Below are positions 14,190 through 30,886 of a DNA stretch of 64,000 bases, one piece after another. Under the pieces are notes generated by a model, which made no database searches, had not been told where the DNA came from, and saw only the letters and a program-made list of their open reading frames with translations. The position numbers were made by a program, and so were the translations under genes. Source of the DNA: Eledone cirrhosa (lineage: Eukaryota); contig OZ024745.1 in the NCBI GenBank assembly GCA_964016885.1, forward strand, positions 20,460,001-20,524,000, written 5' to 3'. Every line of letters starts with the position of its first letter. The first letter of the stretch is position 1.

Positions 14190-14289
14190 AGAGAGTTGCT
14201 GAATTGTGTATTTATGAATATTTATGAAACATATTGGAATCCGGCCTTCTTTTCAGTGAAGTATACATATATACATACACATATGCATG

Positions 14290-14365
<76 letters not shown>

Positions 14366-15334
14366 TATATATATATATATAAAGACAGTGCGGCGTTTAA
14401 TCCAATTAGTAAATTTACAGTCAGTAGATTTTTTTTCGACATCACATAGCATATATAAAATGAATAAAAATAACCAGGATTATACTACATTAAATTATTT
14501 AATAGATTTACGAACGTTTCATTTAATACAGTAGGAAGTATCATTTTATTTCTTTGTATTGGTTTCCTCAGAATCAATACCAAAAACAGAATCATTTACA
14601 AATCGTATGTCCGAACATGTCACATTTCGTAAACATAAACAGCTTTAAAATATAGTCGGGGTAACGCTAAAAGTTATGGGAAACTAAACGCACGAATTAA
14701 AATTTATTGGTAATAAATATACCACGCAGTAATCAGTTTGGCTCTTAAAACCTAATACACGCATATTAAACTAAAATAAACGTCATAGAAATAGAATTAT
14801 TGCTTATAAGTTTTAATAATAGTTATTAATTGAACTAACGACCAATTTTAATACTAATATTAATAAAGTATATTCAGATAAATAATACAAAAATTATGGA
14901 AGCTTAATTCAGTAATAATGTATCAATCAGTAGGAGGATTTCTAATTATTAAGAAACTAATATCCTAAAACAATATTTATAGAAGTGAAAAGGATTATTT
15001 ATGGAATAAAGTTATGAGTGTACATTAAGCAATATAGGGGCATACATATAATTGAATACACACACGTACCCCCCCCCCTCCCCCACATATATATATGAAA
15101 AAATATCGTTTTTTACAAAAACAATATAAAAATTTGAAAGAGGTAGGTGGAGAAGTTAAAATAACTCAAAATACAGTAATTTATTATAATAAACAGTACA
15201 AAAGGCTGTTTCATAATTTCTTGAACAATTTTTCAAACAAGCATGTGTACAAAATTCTATTGTTAAAAATAATAGTTACACATGAAGCAAATTATACATT
15301 AAAGTAATTACCAAATACGTTTATTCATTAAATG

Positions 15335-15380
15335 TTGATTTACGAACGTTTCATCCCTTATTGTGACTTATCAAAATCAA
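15335..15380 (-). ncRNA. Hammerhead variant with U3-A8 core
   Basis: Minus strand: ttgatt TTGATAA gtcacaataagggat GAAA cgttcg TA aatcaa. Confidence 0.6.
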
Positions 15381-15536
15381 TTATTCATAAATAAAAACCT
15401 CACCAAGTGGCTCTACAATTCACAGTAAGAGAGTTTGTTTACATTTAAAAAGACGCCATATTGTATATATTTGTATATATTTGTATGTGTCCACCCATAC
15501 ACCCACAGATACCCATATTTTCACGGTTCACAACAC

Positions 15537-16318
15537 ACATCTCCACAGGCATGTACACAATTTATTTTATAGGTAAGTACACATTGCTGTCGTGGAGTCT
15601 GTGCTGCTGTACGGGTCTGAGACATCTCCACAGGCATGTACACAATTTATTTTATATAGGTAAGTATACATTGCTGTAGTAGAGTCTGTGCTGCTGTACG
15701 GGTCTGAGACATCTCCACAGGCATGTACACAATTTATTTTATATAGGTAAGTATACATTGCTGTAGTAGAGTCTGTGCTGCTGTACGGGTCTGAGACATC
15801 TCCACAGGCATGTACACAATTTATTTTATATAGGTAAGTATACATTGCTGTAGTAGAGTCTGTGCTGCTGTACGGGTCTGAGACATCTCCACAGGCATGT
15901 ACACAATTTATTTTATATAGGTAAGTATACATTGCTGTCGTGGAGTCTGTGCTGCTGTACGGGTCTGAGACATCTCCACAGGCATGTACACAATTTATTT
16001 TATATAGGTAAGTATACATTGCTGTAGTAGAGTCTGTGCTGCTGTACGGGTCTGAGACATCTCCACAGGCATGTACACAATTTATTTTATATAGGTAAGT
16101 ATACATTGCTGTAGTAGAGTCTGTGCTGCTGTACGGGTCTGAGACATCTCCACAGGCATGTACACAATTTATTTTATATAGGTAAGTATACATTGCTGTA
16201 GTAGAGTCTGTGCTGCTGTGCGGGTCTGAGACATCTCCACAGGCATGTACACAATTTATTTTATATAGGTAAGTATACATTGCTGTAGTAGAGTCTGTGC
16301 TGCTGTACGGGTCTGAGA
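15537..16318 (+). repeat. 87-bp tandem repeat, 9 copies, spanning the 5' junction of a truncated LINE
   Basis: Units start at 15537, 15622, 15709 ... 16231; near-identical; the last unit runs into the RTE reading frame. Confidence 0.92.
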
Positions 16319-16610
16319 CTTGGACACTGACCAAGAAACTCACTCAGATGGTGGATGGGTGCTACACGAGAATGCTGAGGATGGCTCTGAACATTAATCA
16401 GTATACACTGAGGATGAAAAACTCAGAGTTGTATGGGAGCATCCTACATGGACACACTGGAAGAGGAAGATCAATGTTAACGTATGTTGATTCCCTAAGG
16501 ACAGACACTGATCTGTTGGAGCCGCAGGACATGGCAGCGATAATGAGGGACAAGGACCGCTGGAGAGAACTCGTCCATGGATCTCGGGAATTTTACCCGC
16601 CCCCAAAATA
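16278..16610 (+). pseudogene. 5'-truncated RTE-like LINE 3' fragment
   Basis: AVVESVLLYGSETWTLTKKLTQMVDGCYTRMLRMALNI...GRSMLTYVDSL...MRDKDRWRELV, typical of the RTE-type RT C-terminus. Confidence 0.8.
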
Positions 16611-16836
16611 TATTATATATATATATGTCTTCAATATATACAGTATATATATATATAAATATATATATATATAGGAACGAGTAGGACCCCGACGGCTGAG
16701 CTCAAGCCGTTTCGACCAAACGGCTTGAGCTCAGCCGTCGGGGTCCTACTCGTTCCAATTACCCACTCTACTACCCTAAGTATTGAGTACTTTGGTGCGT
16801 TATGGTCCACCTGGTTCCTTACCACATTTCCTTCGT

Positions 16837-16868
<32 letters not shown>

Positions 16869-16939
16869 ATATATATGTCCCGAGGCTCAGATACAATCAA
16901 CACCATAAACACAGAGCTGGCATATCTAAGAACTGACTA

Positions 16940-16995
16940 ACTGCCTGATGAGGTCATAGCCATTCAATGGCTATCATCGAAATATATATAGCAGT
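16940..16995 (+). ncRNA. Type I hammerhead ribozyme, intact
   Basis: actgc CTGATGA ggtcatagccatt-c-aatggctatcatc GAAA tatata TA gcagt. Confidence 0.85.
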
Positions 16996-17036
16996 AAATA
17001 AAGGATTATGAGTTCATGCAATTGACTTATGTTTCG

Positions 17037-17145
<109 letters not shown>

Positions 17146-17159
17146 ATAAATATATATAT

Positions 17160-17415
17160 TGAAGACACATTACTTAGTGGTAAGAAAGTTGGGTTTGCAA
17201 TCATGTGGTTGTGAATTCGATTCGAAATAATATGTCCTTGAGCAAGACACTTTATTTCACGTTGCCCGAGTTTACTCGTCTCTGGTGCCAAGTAGAATCG
17301 GCCATTTCATTTCTCTGGGACAACATTGGTGGCGTGAAGAGGGCAGAGTGGTATGCATGGTTGACTGATCGCCTTCACAGCACCATAAACAACCTTCCAC
17401 TGAACATTCTTGGCG
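17160..17415 (+). mobile_element. tRNA-derived SINE (family of 418-665)
   Basis: cttagtggtaag...gaattcgattc head then tgtccttgagcaagacactttatttcacgttgc. Confidence 0.65.
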
Positions 17416-17688
17416 TGTTCATGACCGAAATGATAATGATGATAATGGTGATGACAGTAATGATGATTATGATGATGATGATAATTACCGATGATGACGA
17501 TGCTGACGATGGTGCTGATGATGATGATGATGATGCATGTTATATGGGGAAATTAACCGTTTGAGAGTGGTTGTACTTTGACTCTTTGAAAATGTCCGTT
17601 TACTTCGGAACAGTAAGTTTTAACTATTTAATTCCTCCATATGATGTCTTTATTCTGTGGAAAATGTTACTGGTATACACATACACTC

Positions 17689-17814
<126 letters not shown>

Positions 17815-17833
17815 ACACACACAAACACACACA

Positions 17834-17895
<62 letters not shown>

Positions 17896-18229
17896 CACAC
17901 ACAAACAGTCTCTCTCACACAAACACACACTCTCTCCCTCTCTCACACGCACACAAACACTCACACACACTCACACACACTCACACACAACACACACACG
18001 CACACACGCACACACGCACACACACACACACACACACACATATATGTATATATATATATTTAAGAGTTCTGGATTAAACGTGCTTAAGGATGAAAAGAGT
18101 GCCAGAGTAAATGAAAGCCAATCCTAAATTCAAACGCAATTAATCATGTATAACTACATACATACATACACATATACATACACACACACATACATATATA
18201 CAAACAAACATATATATATATATACACAC

Positions 18230-18269
<40 letters not shown>

Positions 18270-18300
18270 TTTGTGTATGTATACGTATATGTATGTATAC

Positions 18301-18441
<141 letters not shown>

Positions 18442-18445
18442 CATA

Positions 18446-18515
<70 letters not shown>

Positions 18516-18553
18516 CATATATACATATATATATTTACATATATATATATATA

Positions 18554-18601
<48 letters not shown>

Positions 18602-18641
18602 CATATATATATATACATATATATATTTACATATATATATA

Positions 18642-18709
<68 letters not shown>

Positions 18710-19164
18710 CATATATGTATATACATATATATATATATACATATATACATACATACAGGTAGACAGACATACACACACGTATATATACACACGTAAATAC
18801 ATATATACATGCATACATACGTATATAGTGTGTAGAAAGCTACACATGTGTCATACATTACTATCGAGGCAATTAACCTAAATTATGTCATAAGCAAATA
18901 TGTATATGATTATTTTATATATAGACATGTATGTTCCTTTGTTACTACACATTCGTAAATATATACATACATGCACATATATACATATATATAGAGGGAC
19001 CCCATATATATACATTCATATATATGTATCTATCTGTCTCTTTCTCTATACAATCACTCTCTCTCTCTCTCACGCACACACACACACACGCATGTATGTA
19101 TGCATCTACGTACGTATCGATCAATCTCTCTCTCTCACTCCCCCTCTGTCTCTCTCTCTCTCTC

Positions 19165-19253
<89 letters not shown>

Positions 19254-19272
19254 TATATATATATATATAAAT

Positions 19273-19312
<40 letters not shown>

Positions 19313-19367
19313 CTTAAAAATAAAACTACTGTGTTATTTTTTCCTAGACAGTAATATCGTCCGCACC

Positions 19368-19438
<71 letters not shown>

Positions 19439-19828
19439 TATATATATTACGTATTGTATGTGTGTGTTGTGTGTACTTGTATGTGTATATCTAAGATTGT
19501 CAATTGCCTTAATTATCCACAAACGCAATATATAAATCTATATTCGACCTCACTCTCCCGACCCATACCACACAAATAACAACTAAACATCATACACCTC
19601 TTTCTAAACCTTGTCACAACCCCTCCCCCCCCCGGTCAAATAACCACCGACCTTGCAACAGTGACAATTATGGAGATGATGGACGTCATCAGGCCACAAC
19701 TGATGTATTACGTAGTTTCTAGAATAATTATGTGTAACTACAACGACTCCATTGCGTAATTGGCCATGCAGCCACATATGATGAGTGCAATCACCAAAAA
19801 TATTTCACCATAGGCAGATGCATAAATT

Positions 19829-21010
19829 CATACATATACACACCCATATATAGCACATATATCATACTTATATAGGCAGCCATACAGATACATACACACA
19901 CCCATATATACCACATATATCATACTTATATAGGCAGCTATACAGATACATACACACACACCCATATATATCACATATATCATACTTATATAGGCAGCTA
20001 TACAGATACATATATACACACCCATATATAGCACATATATCATACTTATATAGGCAGCTATACAGATACATATATACACACCCATATATACCACATATAT
20101 GATACTTATATAGGCAGCTATACAGATACATATACACACCCATATATACCACATATATCATACTTATATAGGCAGCTATACAGATACATACACACACACC
20201 CATATATACCACATATATCATACTTATATAGGCAGCCATATAGATATATATACACACCCATATATACCACATATATCATACTTATATAGGCAGCCATACA
20301 GATATATATACACATATATATACCACATATATCATACTTATATAGGCAGCTATACAGATACATATACACACACCCATATATACCACATATATCATACTTA
20401 TATAGGCAGCCATACAGATATATACACACACACCCATATATACCACATATATCATACTTATATAGGCAGCCATATAGATATATATACACACCCATATATA
20501 GCACATATATCATACTTATATAGGCAGCTATACAGATACATATATACACACCCATATATACCACATATATCATACTTATATAGGCAGCTATACAGATACA
20601 TATACACACCCATATATACCACATATATCATACTTATATAGGCAGCTATACAGATACATACACACACACCCATATATACCACATATATCATACTTATATA
20701 GGCAGCTATACAGATACATATACACACACCCATATATACCACATATATCATACTTATATAGGCAGCTATACAGATACATATATACACACCCATATATACC
20801 ACATATATGATACTTATATAGGCAGCTATACAGATACATATACACACACCCATATATACCACATATATCATACTTATATAGGCAGCTATACGGATACATA
20901 TACACACCCATATATACCACATATATCATACTTATATAGGCAGCTATACAGATACATATACACACCCATATATACCACATATATAGTTCGTCATACAGAT
21001 ATATATACTG
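19829..21010. repeat. 58-60-bp minisatellite, about 20 copies
   Basis: Unit cacacacccatatataccacatatatcatacttatataggcagctatacagatacata. Confidence 0.92.
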
Positions 21011-21014
21011 ACAC

Positions 21015-21254
21015 CCAGACCAACGGACAGACGGACAGACAGACGGACCAACGGACAGACATACATACAGACATACGGACAGACAGACATACGGACAGAC
21101 AGACAGACATACGGACAGACAGACAGACATACGGACAGACAGACAGACAGACATACATACATACGGACAGACAGACATACGGACATATAAAGAGACATAT
21201 GGACATACAGACAGACATACATACAGACAGACATACATACGGACATACAGACGG

Positions 21255-21301
<47 letters not shown>

Positions 21302-21447
21302 GGCAGACAGACAGACATACATACGGACATACAGACGGACAGACAAACAATCAGACGGACATACAGACAGACATACGGACATACAGACAGACAGACAAAC
21401 AGACAGACGGACAGACAAACAGACAGACGGAGCGACAGACAGATAGA
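21015..21447. repeat. (CAGA/CATA/CGGA)n compound microsatellite
   Basis: Direct reading. Confidence 0.9.
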
Positions 21448-21619
21448 CATGTTGTGGGTATGGGAGTTCTTCATCTAAATATCCAATAATTATAAGATAT
21501 GCTCTGCCGTAACTAAGCTTCATTAATGACACACGTGATTAACTCGGCTAAATTACCTGCACATGTCCCTTAGATGTGTGGGACTATGGCAGCTATTAAA
21601 CACCTGATGATTGATTGCC

Positions 21620-21627
21620 TGCACATA

Positions 21628-21659
<32 letters not shown>

Positions 21660-23460
21660 TTCACACACACACACATTCACACACACACATACATTCACAC
21701 ACACACACACATTCACACACACATACATTCACACACACACATACATTCACACACACATACATTCACACACACATACATTCACACACACACATACATTCAC
21801 ACACACACATACATTCACACACACACACACATTCACACACACACATACATTCACACACACATACACATTCACACACACACATACATTCACACACACACAT
21901 ACATTCACACACACACACACATTCACACACACACATACATTCACACACACACACATACATTCACACACACATACATTCACACACACACACATTCACACAT
22001 ACACATACATTCACACACACACACACATACATTCACACACACACACATACATTCACACACATACATTCACACATACACATACATTCACACACACACACAT
22101 ACATTCACACACACACACACATTCACACACACACATACATTCACACACACACACACACATTCACACACACACATACATTCACACACACACACATACATTC
22201 ACACACACACACACATTCACACATACATTCACACACACACACACATTCACACACACACATACATTCACACACACACACACATTCACACACACACACACAT
22301 TCACACACACACATACATTCACACACACACACATACATTCACACACACATACATTCACACACACACACACATTCACACATACACATACATTCACACACAC
22401 ACACATACATTCACACACACACACATACATTCACACACATACATTCACACACACATACATTCACACACATACATTCACACACACACATACATTCACACAC
22501 ACATACATTCACACACACACATACATTCACACACACACACACACACACATACATTCACACACACATACATTCACACACATACATTAGCACACACACACAT
22601 ACATTCACCCACACATACATTCACACACACAGATTCACACACACACACATACATTCACACACACACATTTACACACACACATACATTCACACACACATAC
22701 ATTCACACACACACATTCACACACGCATACATTCACACACACACATTCACACACACACATACATTCACACACACACACACATACATTCACACACACATGC
22801 ATTCACACAATACATTCACACACACATACATTCACACACACACATTCACACACTCATACATTCACACACACACATTCACACACACACATACATTCACACA
22901 CACACACATACATTCACACACACATACATTCACACACACACATTCACACACGCATACATTCACACACACACATTCACTCACACACACACATTTACACACA
23001 CACATACATTCACACACACACATTCACACACATACATTCACACACACATACATTCACACACACATACATTCACACACACACATTCACACACACACATACA
23101 TTCACACACACATACATTCACACACACATACATTCACACACACATACATTCACACACACACATACATTCACACACACACATTCACACACGCATACATTCA
23201 CACACACACATTCACACACACACATTCACACACACACATTCACACACACATACATTCACACACACATACATTCACACACACACACATACATTCACACACA
23301 CATACATTCACACACATACATGCACTCACTCACACACATACATTCACTCACACATACGCATTCACGCACACATACATTCAAACACACATACATCCACACA
23401 CACGCATTCACGCACACATACATTCACACACACGCACACGGATTCACACACACATACATA
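21620..23460. repeat. (CA)n-derived minisatellite with catacattca punctuation
   Basis: Direct reading; source of the 638-aa and 650-aa His/Thr ORFs. Confidence 0.92.
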
Positions 23461-23735
23461 TATATATATACATACATATATACACACATATATATATATA
23501 TATATGCACATACATGCATACGTGTAGAATATCACGTCTCCTTTTATCTAAGCACATACGTTCCTAAATATTTTTTCTTGCAATACAGACTACTTTCCAA
23601 TCTACAGAACTTCTTATCTACGTCGTATGTATAAACGCGTAACTATACATACATATATATATACAGATATACCATACATATATACACACACACACACATT
23701 TATATATATATATATATATACACGTATATATGTGT

Positions 23736-23774
<39 letters not shown>

Positions 23775-23861
23775 TATACACACATATATATATACATTTA
23801 CCTATATATATATATACACACATATATATATACATTTACATATATATACATATATATACAT

Positions 23862-23894
<33 letters not shown>

Positions 23895-23925
23895 CATACA
23901 TACATATACATACACACACACACAC

Positions 23926-23968
<43 letters not shown>

Positions 23969-23987
23969 CATACATATATATATACAT

Positions 23988-24028
<41 letters not shown>

Positions 24029-24116
24029 CATACATATATATATATACATATATATATATATACATACATACATATATATATACATATATAATATATATAT
24101 ACACATATATATACAT

Positions 24117-24169
<53 letters not shown>

Positions 24170-24197
24170 CATACATATATATATATATACATATATA

Positions 24198-24278
<81 letters not shown>

Positions 24279-24285
24279 AATATAT

Positions 24286-24326
<41 letters not shown>

Positions 24327-24327
24327 C

Positions 24328-24378
<51 letters not shown>

Positions 24379-24677
24379 AATACATACAACGTATGTGCAG
24401 TTATATACATACATATATATATATGTATGTGAGTGCTTGTGTGTGTGAGTATGTGTGTGCGTGCCTATCTGAGAGTGTGTGTGCGTGTCTGAGTGTGTGT
24501 GTGTGTACACACATATACTTACATTTGCACACATAAATCAAAGCTTTACTCAGCCGCCTAGTTATGGCAATGGTTAACAAATTCTTTTCACATTCTTTTT
24601 TCCTCTATAATTTGTATCGGTTGGTATGTTCTCGAAAACATTACTCTTCTCTTTGCCACACCGTCTTTTCCTAGCCG

Positions 24678-24785
<108 letters not shown>

Positions 24786-24888
24786 CCTGCCTCCCTGCCT
24801 CCCTGCCTGTCTGTCTGACTGTCTCACTGTCTCACTGTCAGTTTATCTATCGATAAGTCTGTCCGTATTGTTCTCTTTAAACACACAG

Positions 24889-24922
<34 letters not shown>

Positions 24923-25032
24923 ACACACATATATATATATATATATGTCGCCAAGCATACACATGCATACATACACATACACAAGCACACACACACACAC
25001 AAATACATATAAACACGCACACACACACAGAC

Positions 25033-25093
<61 letters not shown>

Positions 25094-25201
25094 TGTGTGT
25101 GTGTGCGTGTTTGTATGTGTTTGTGTGTGTGTGTGTGCTTGTGTATGTATATATATATATATATATACATACACACACGCACACACAAATATATATATAT
25201 A

Positions 25202-25239
<38 letters not shown>

Positions 25240-25251
25240 TGTGCGTGTGTG

Positions 25252-25316
<65 letters not shown>

Positions 25317-26219
25317 GCTTATTACCTCATCTTTCCACCAAATACAAAGTACCTACATCATCCACTTCAGTGATTCGAAACAATCGACGAGTATTCCTTT
25401 GATGTTTGCCGCCCTAATGAATTCAACGCTGACGTAGTTAGGTGATGTAATATCTTAATAATTACAATACAACACTCTTTCTTCTCTTCTTTTTCCGCTG
25501 GATGCTGTAGAATATTTTGGTTGCGGGATGTTGGTTGTGTAACCATTGAATATGGTATTTTTGTGTATGACAGGGAATTATTGTAAGGGGGTACACGGGA
25601 ACTGATCTAAATTTTTCTATTCATCTCAGGTATGATTCATTTTTTCATTACTTCCTCACCATTTACTTCGTTCTTTATTTTTTCTTTACTTTTACTTATT
25701 TCCCCTCCTCCTACCCTTAGTTCTTTACTCCCACACCACATTACCGCATAACTCCATTTTGATACAAGAGAAATTCTTGAAAACCACAGACAATATCTTT
25801 CCTCTCTGTAGTGTGGAACTATAGAAATTATTATCGAAGTAGGATAACAAGGAATGAATTTGTTTTACAAATTTCTTTTTTCTATAGAACCAACCACCCT
25901 ATAATAACCATTTTGGGTGAAATGATGAGTTGAGACAAATAGTGTATTACTGGTATATATCACGGGTGTACCGTTGGTTTCGTAGAGACATGTCTCGAGC
26001 TAACAAAATGTCTGTGGTTCGTATTTTTTCTCTTCTCGACCCAAATAGGGTTCAACAGTCGATTAATGTCGGTAGCAAGGGATGAGTGACTTATTAGTTC
26101 TCAGTAATAAGTTCAACTCCCATCGATACATATTAGATATTCTGGAAATTGATGGGCTGTATAAAAGTAAATTGCTATAAATAAAGAACAAGAATATCTC
26201 TTACGTCGTTCTTTGCTGA

Positions 26220-26725
26220 CAATTTTCATATGGGACTCATTATTGCTATTTATTCGGTATTAAAATAAAGTACCAGTAACGCACTGGGTCGATTTAATCG
26301 ACTTTCTCCTCTCCTTAAAATTGATGGCCTTGTGCCAGAAGTAGAAACAATTATTTAATCGGTATCACAATTTGAATGACACATTTTTATATGGGACTCA
26401 CTATTATTATTTGATCGGTATTAAAACAAAGTACCTGTAACGCACTGGGGTCGACTTAATCGACTTTCTTCTTCCCTTCAAATTGCTGGTCTTGTGCTAA
26501 AAGTACAAATAACTTTTAATCAGTATCACAATTTTCATATGAGACACATTATTACTATTTATTCGGCATTAAAATAAAATACCAGTAACGCATTGGGGTC
26601 GACTTAATCGACTTTTCTCCTCCCTTCAAATTCCTGGTATTGTACCAAAAGTAGAAAAAAATATTTAATCGGTAGCACAATTTTCATATGTAATTCACTG
26701 TTACTATTTAATCGGGATCACAATT
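26220..26725 (+). repeat. About 150-165-bp tandem triplication containing a SINE 3' half
   Basis: aaagtaccagtaacgcactggg(g)tcga...aaattg(c)tgg.cttgtgcc..aagtagaaac recurs at about 26265, 26425 and 26575. Confidence 0.75.
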
Positions 26726-27297
26726 TAAATGACTAAGTCAAGACCCATGTTGAGATTTGAACCCAAAGGTTTGATTTCGTAAATGTGAATCATCATCGTA
26801 AATTTCTTAAAAGTTGTCGAATTGTTGCCACGTCTGTATCATTCCGAACTACAACTTCTGGACTAGCATCCTATTTATTTTCGCTATTGATTTCTTCTGA
26901 GTTCACTGGAGTTCAAACGTATATCTATTTCATGATATACCTATATGACTCTGGTGAGTCAAGTTCACGGTGAAATTTTGATTACCAACAGAATGCGTTG
27001 CCCTACAACACTTAAAGGCTTGTAAACTAGATAAAACATCTCAATTTCCAAACTCTATATTTGTAAAGTTTACTCCCTCTGTTAAAAGTCATATTTATTC
27101 AAGACTAGCACTATGGTGAGGAATTTAGTTTTCAGTAACACGAGCAATTTTTGTGGTTTTGATTCCTAGCTAGAACTCTGTCGTATATATAACTTATCCT
27201 CCCGAGGAGGTCATAAAAGCAGAAGTTATTATTCAATATCTCAACACTATAGATATATTATATTTTCATACATACTATAAGTAGTTTGTCTATATGA

Positions 27298-27656
27298 ATG
27301 AGAGTTGGCTGAAAAGTTCATAGGCTGACTAAGATACTCTCATGGAATGACCAAATGAGATTTATTTTTCAACATAGTCCCTGGAAAGAAACAATGCAGT
27401 TATTAATAAAAAAGGGTTGAAATTAATGCATGCAAGATTTCACAGCCTTACATTATTTCTTCAGAGGCTGAAAAGTGCATAGGCTGACCAAGATACTCTC
27501 ATGGAATGACCAAATGAGGTTTATTTTTAACATAGTCTCTATAAAGAAACAATGCAGTTACTAATAAGAAGGGTTGAAATTAATGCATGCAAGATTTCAC
27601 AGCTCTAACATTATTCCTTCATAGTCAACCTATGAACTTTTCAGCCTACTCTCGTA
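27298..27656. mobile_element. Mariner/Tc1-type MITE with about 32-bp TIRs and an internal about 160-bp duplication
   Basis: gagagttggctgaaaagttcataggctgact pairs with agtcaacctatgaacttttcagcctactctcg-TA; 27307-27465 is duplicated at 27466-27620. Confidence 0.7.
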
Positions 27657-27799
27657 TATTTGTATGAATTTATTTTGAAGAAGCAAAACTATTTTCTTTC
27701 GTCTAATACCGTGTTGATGTATTCTTACGTTTTGAAGTTATTTCTTGTGACGAATAGGAGGCATTCAGCACCCTTTAACGTATAATGGTTTCTCATGTA

Positions 27800-28312
27800 G
27801 GCACAAGGCGAACAATTTTGTCTGGAGGGGAAAGTCAATTAAATCAACCCCAGTGTATTACTGATGCTTATTTTATCGATCCCGTTAGGATGAAAGGCAA
27901 AGCAAAATTCGGCGGTATTTGAACTCAGAATGTAAAGGGCCGTGACTCTATAACACAAAGCATGTTGTCCGATGCCCTACCTATACTGACAATCCATCGA
28001 TTAACATATAATAAAATATGTATGTATGGCCATCAATCTTGTGTACATATATAGTTAGCTAAGGGAAATAACTCAAACTAAACGATGTCTTGATATTTAA
28101 TCAGGTTGGTGATGATGTACTGAATAATTGTTTCTGTTTTTGGCACAAGGCCAGCAATTATCCCACTGTATTACTGGTACTTTATTTTATCGACCCCGTA
28201 AGGATGAAAGGCAAAGTTAACCTCGGCGGGATTTGAACTCAGATCATAAAGGGACGTAACTATGCTGGAAAGCATAACATCCTACCCTATACCAATACTG
28301 CCAACCCATCGT
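27800..28312 (-). mobile_element. Two SINE copies (27800-27998 and 28127-28312)
   Basis: ggcacaagg...tactgg/at...tatcgaccccg..aggatgaaaggcaaag...cggcgg.atttgaactcag. Confidence 0.8.
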
Positions 28313-28699
28313 CCCTTGTACTGAACAATGTACACAAAATATTGTTAATAAATTGAAATTTATCTGTTAGTAACTTTCTTACTTAAAAATCTAAGTCCAC
28401 TAATCAAAGTGAGCTTAATAGCTCTACGTTTTGATAAGATCTAATGAAGTACAAGGTCAGCCCAAGCATGGAAATTAAATATTTTCTTAAATTAATCCTT
28501 AGTTTCATGAATTACGTCCCTTTATGGAGGCGGGGTGGGGCAATAACACTGGGTTTTTGTTTTTCCTCTCCAACTATGGTGTAAATTTTAATCGAACAAT
28601 ATTTTTTTCTGTGTATGCTATTGAATACATTATCACTTACTTTGATTATAGTATCGTATAGCATAGATAATATAATATAATAATAATATATATGCATAT

Positions 28700-28790
<91 letters not shown>

Positions 28791-28794
28791 TATA

Positions 28795-28856
<62 letters not shown>

Positions 28857-28980
28857 CATATATATATAACTATATATATATATATATATATATATAACTA
28901 TATATATATATATATATATATGTATATGTATATATATGTATATATATATATATGTATATATTTATATATATGTATATATT

Positions 28981-29016
<36 letters not shown>

Positions 29017-29055
29017 TATGTATATACATATGTATATATATATATATATATATAC

Positions 29056-29745
<690 letters not shown>

Positions 29746-30033
29746 CATATATATGTATATACATATATATATATATGTATGTATATGTATATATATATAT
29801 ATAACGAAGGAGGTGGGGTAAGGAACCAGATGGACCATAACGCCCCAGAGTACGCAATAATTAGGGTAGTAGAGTGGGTAATAGGAAAAAGTTTAACCCC
29901 GACAGCAGAGCTCAAGCCGTTTCGACGGCTATTTCTGTTATTTCCAGAAATAGCTGTCGAAACGGCTTGAGCTCTGCCGTCGTGTTTAAACCTTTTCCTA
30001 TATATATTTATATATATATGTATATATATATAT

Positions 30034-30545
30034 TTCGTTTCTGAATTTGTTTAGCAAGATTCTTTATCTGAAAACGTGTGTTGAAACCGATATTGTTATA
30101 CATTGGGAGGGTCATGTTGCCAATAAGAAATACACGCACCAGTTGCTTTCACTTCAATTTAGTATAATAAATTTATAAATTTAGGAATTTATAAATTTCC
30201 GGTTGGTTGGTTTGTTCCACAACTAGATGATTGTTTATATATTGTCAAAGTTCTTTCGTCACACATTTTATGACCTCTTCAGTGACTAGGGAGTCTTTTC
30301 TTAGTTTTTGTGCCTCTCCTTTGTTCTGTCCTACGCCATCTTCTTTTTGTGTGTGTCACTGAAGAGGTCACAGAATGTGTGACGAAAGAACTTTGACAAT
30401 ATATAAACAATCATCTGGTTGTGGAACCAACCAACCGGAAATTTATAAATTCCTAAATTTATAAATTTATTATAATAAATTGAAGTGAAAGCAACTATGC
30501 GTGTGTTTCTTATTGGCAACATGACCCTCCCAATGTATAACAGTA
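30034..30545. mobile_element. Head-to-head fold-back element with two divergent hammerhead motifs (30243-30286 minus, 30354-30398 plus)
   Basis: 30090-30286 is the reverse complement of about 30355-30545; plus copy reads tgtca CTGAAGA g gtcaca-gaatg-tgtgac GAAA gaac TT tgaca. Confidence 0.75.
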
Positions 30546-30850
30546 TATATATATATATATATAAGTAAAAAGAAATTCAAACAAACTGGCGCGAAAGCTG
30601 ATATGCTTATTCACGTGACTGCATCAACCAATCAAACTTCACTCATATATGAAAAAACCTGAGCCCCCCCCCTTGTTTGAAGAACTTTGTAACGCGAACT
30701 GGCGCGAAATTTATTATACTTATTGACCAACCAATCAAATTACTTCTCTAAAAACCTGGCGTTTCGAGCCACTTTTTTCCATATAAAACAAGTAACATTC
30801 TAAGACCAACCAGATGTGAGAAAAACGACAGAACCCCCATCTCAACTCTA

Positions 30851-30886
30851 CTTTTGAAAAGCAGAAGAACTGCGAAACCGGTAAAG
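30851..30886 (+). ncRNA. Hammerhead variant with U3-A8 core
   Basis: ctt TTGAAAA gcag-aagaa-ctgc GAAA ccgg TA aag. Confidence 0.6.

Noticed and set aside
15537-16343. CRISPR-like array, or a 258-aa repeat protein
   Set aside because: There are no variable spacers and no cas genes. The ORF arises because 87 is divisible by 3 and lies antisense to the LINE fragment.
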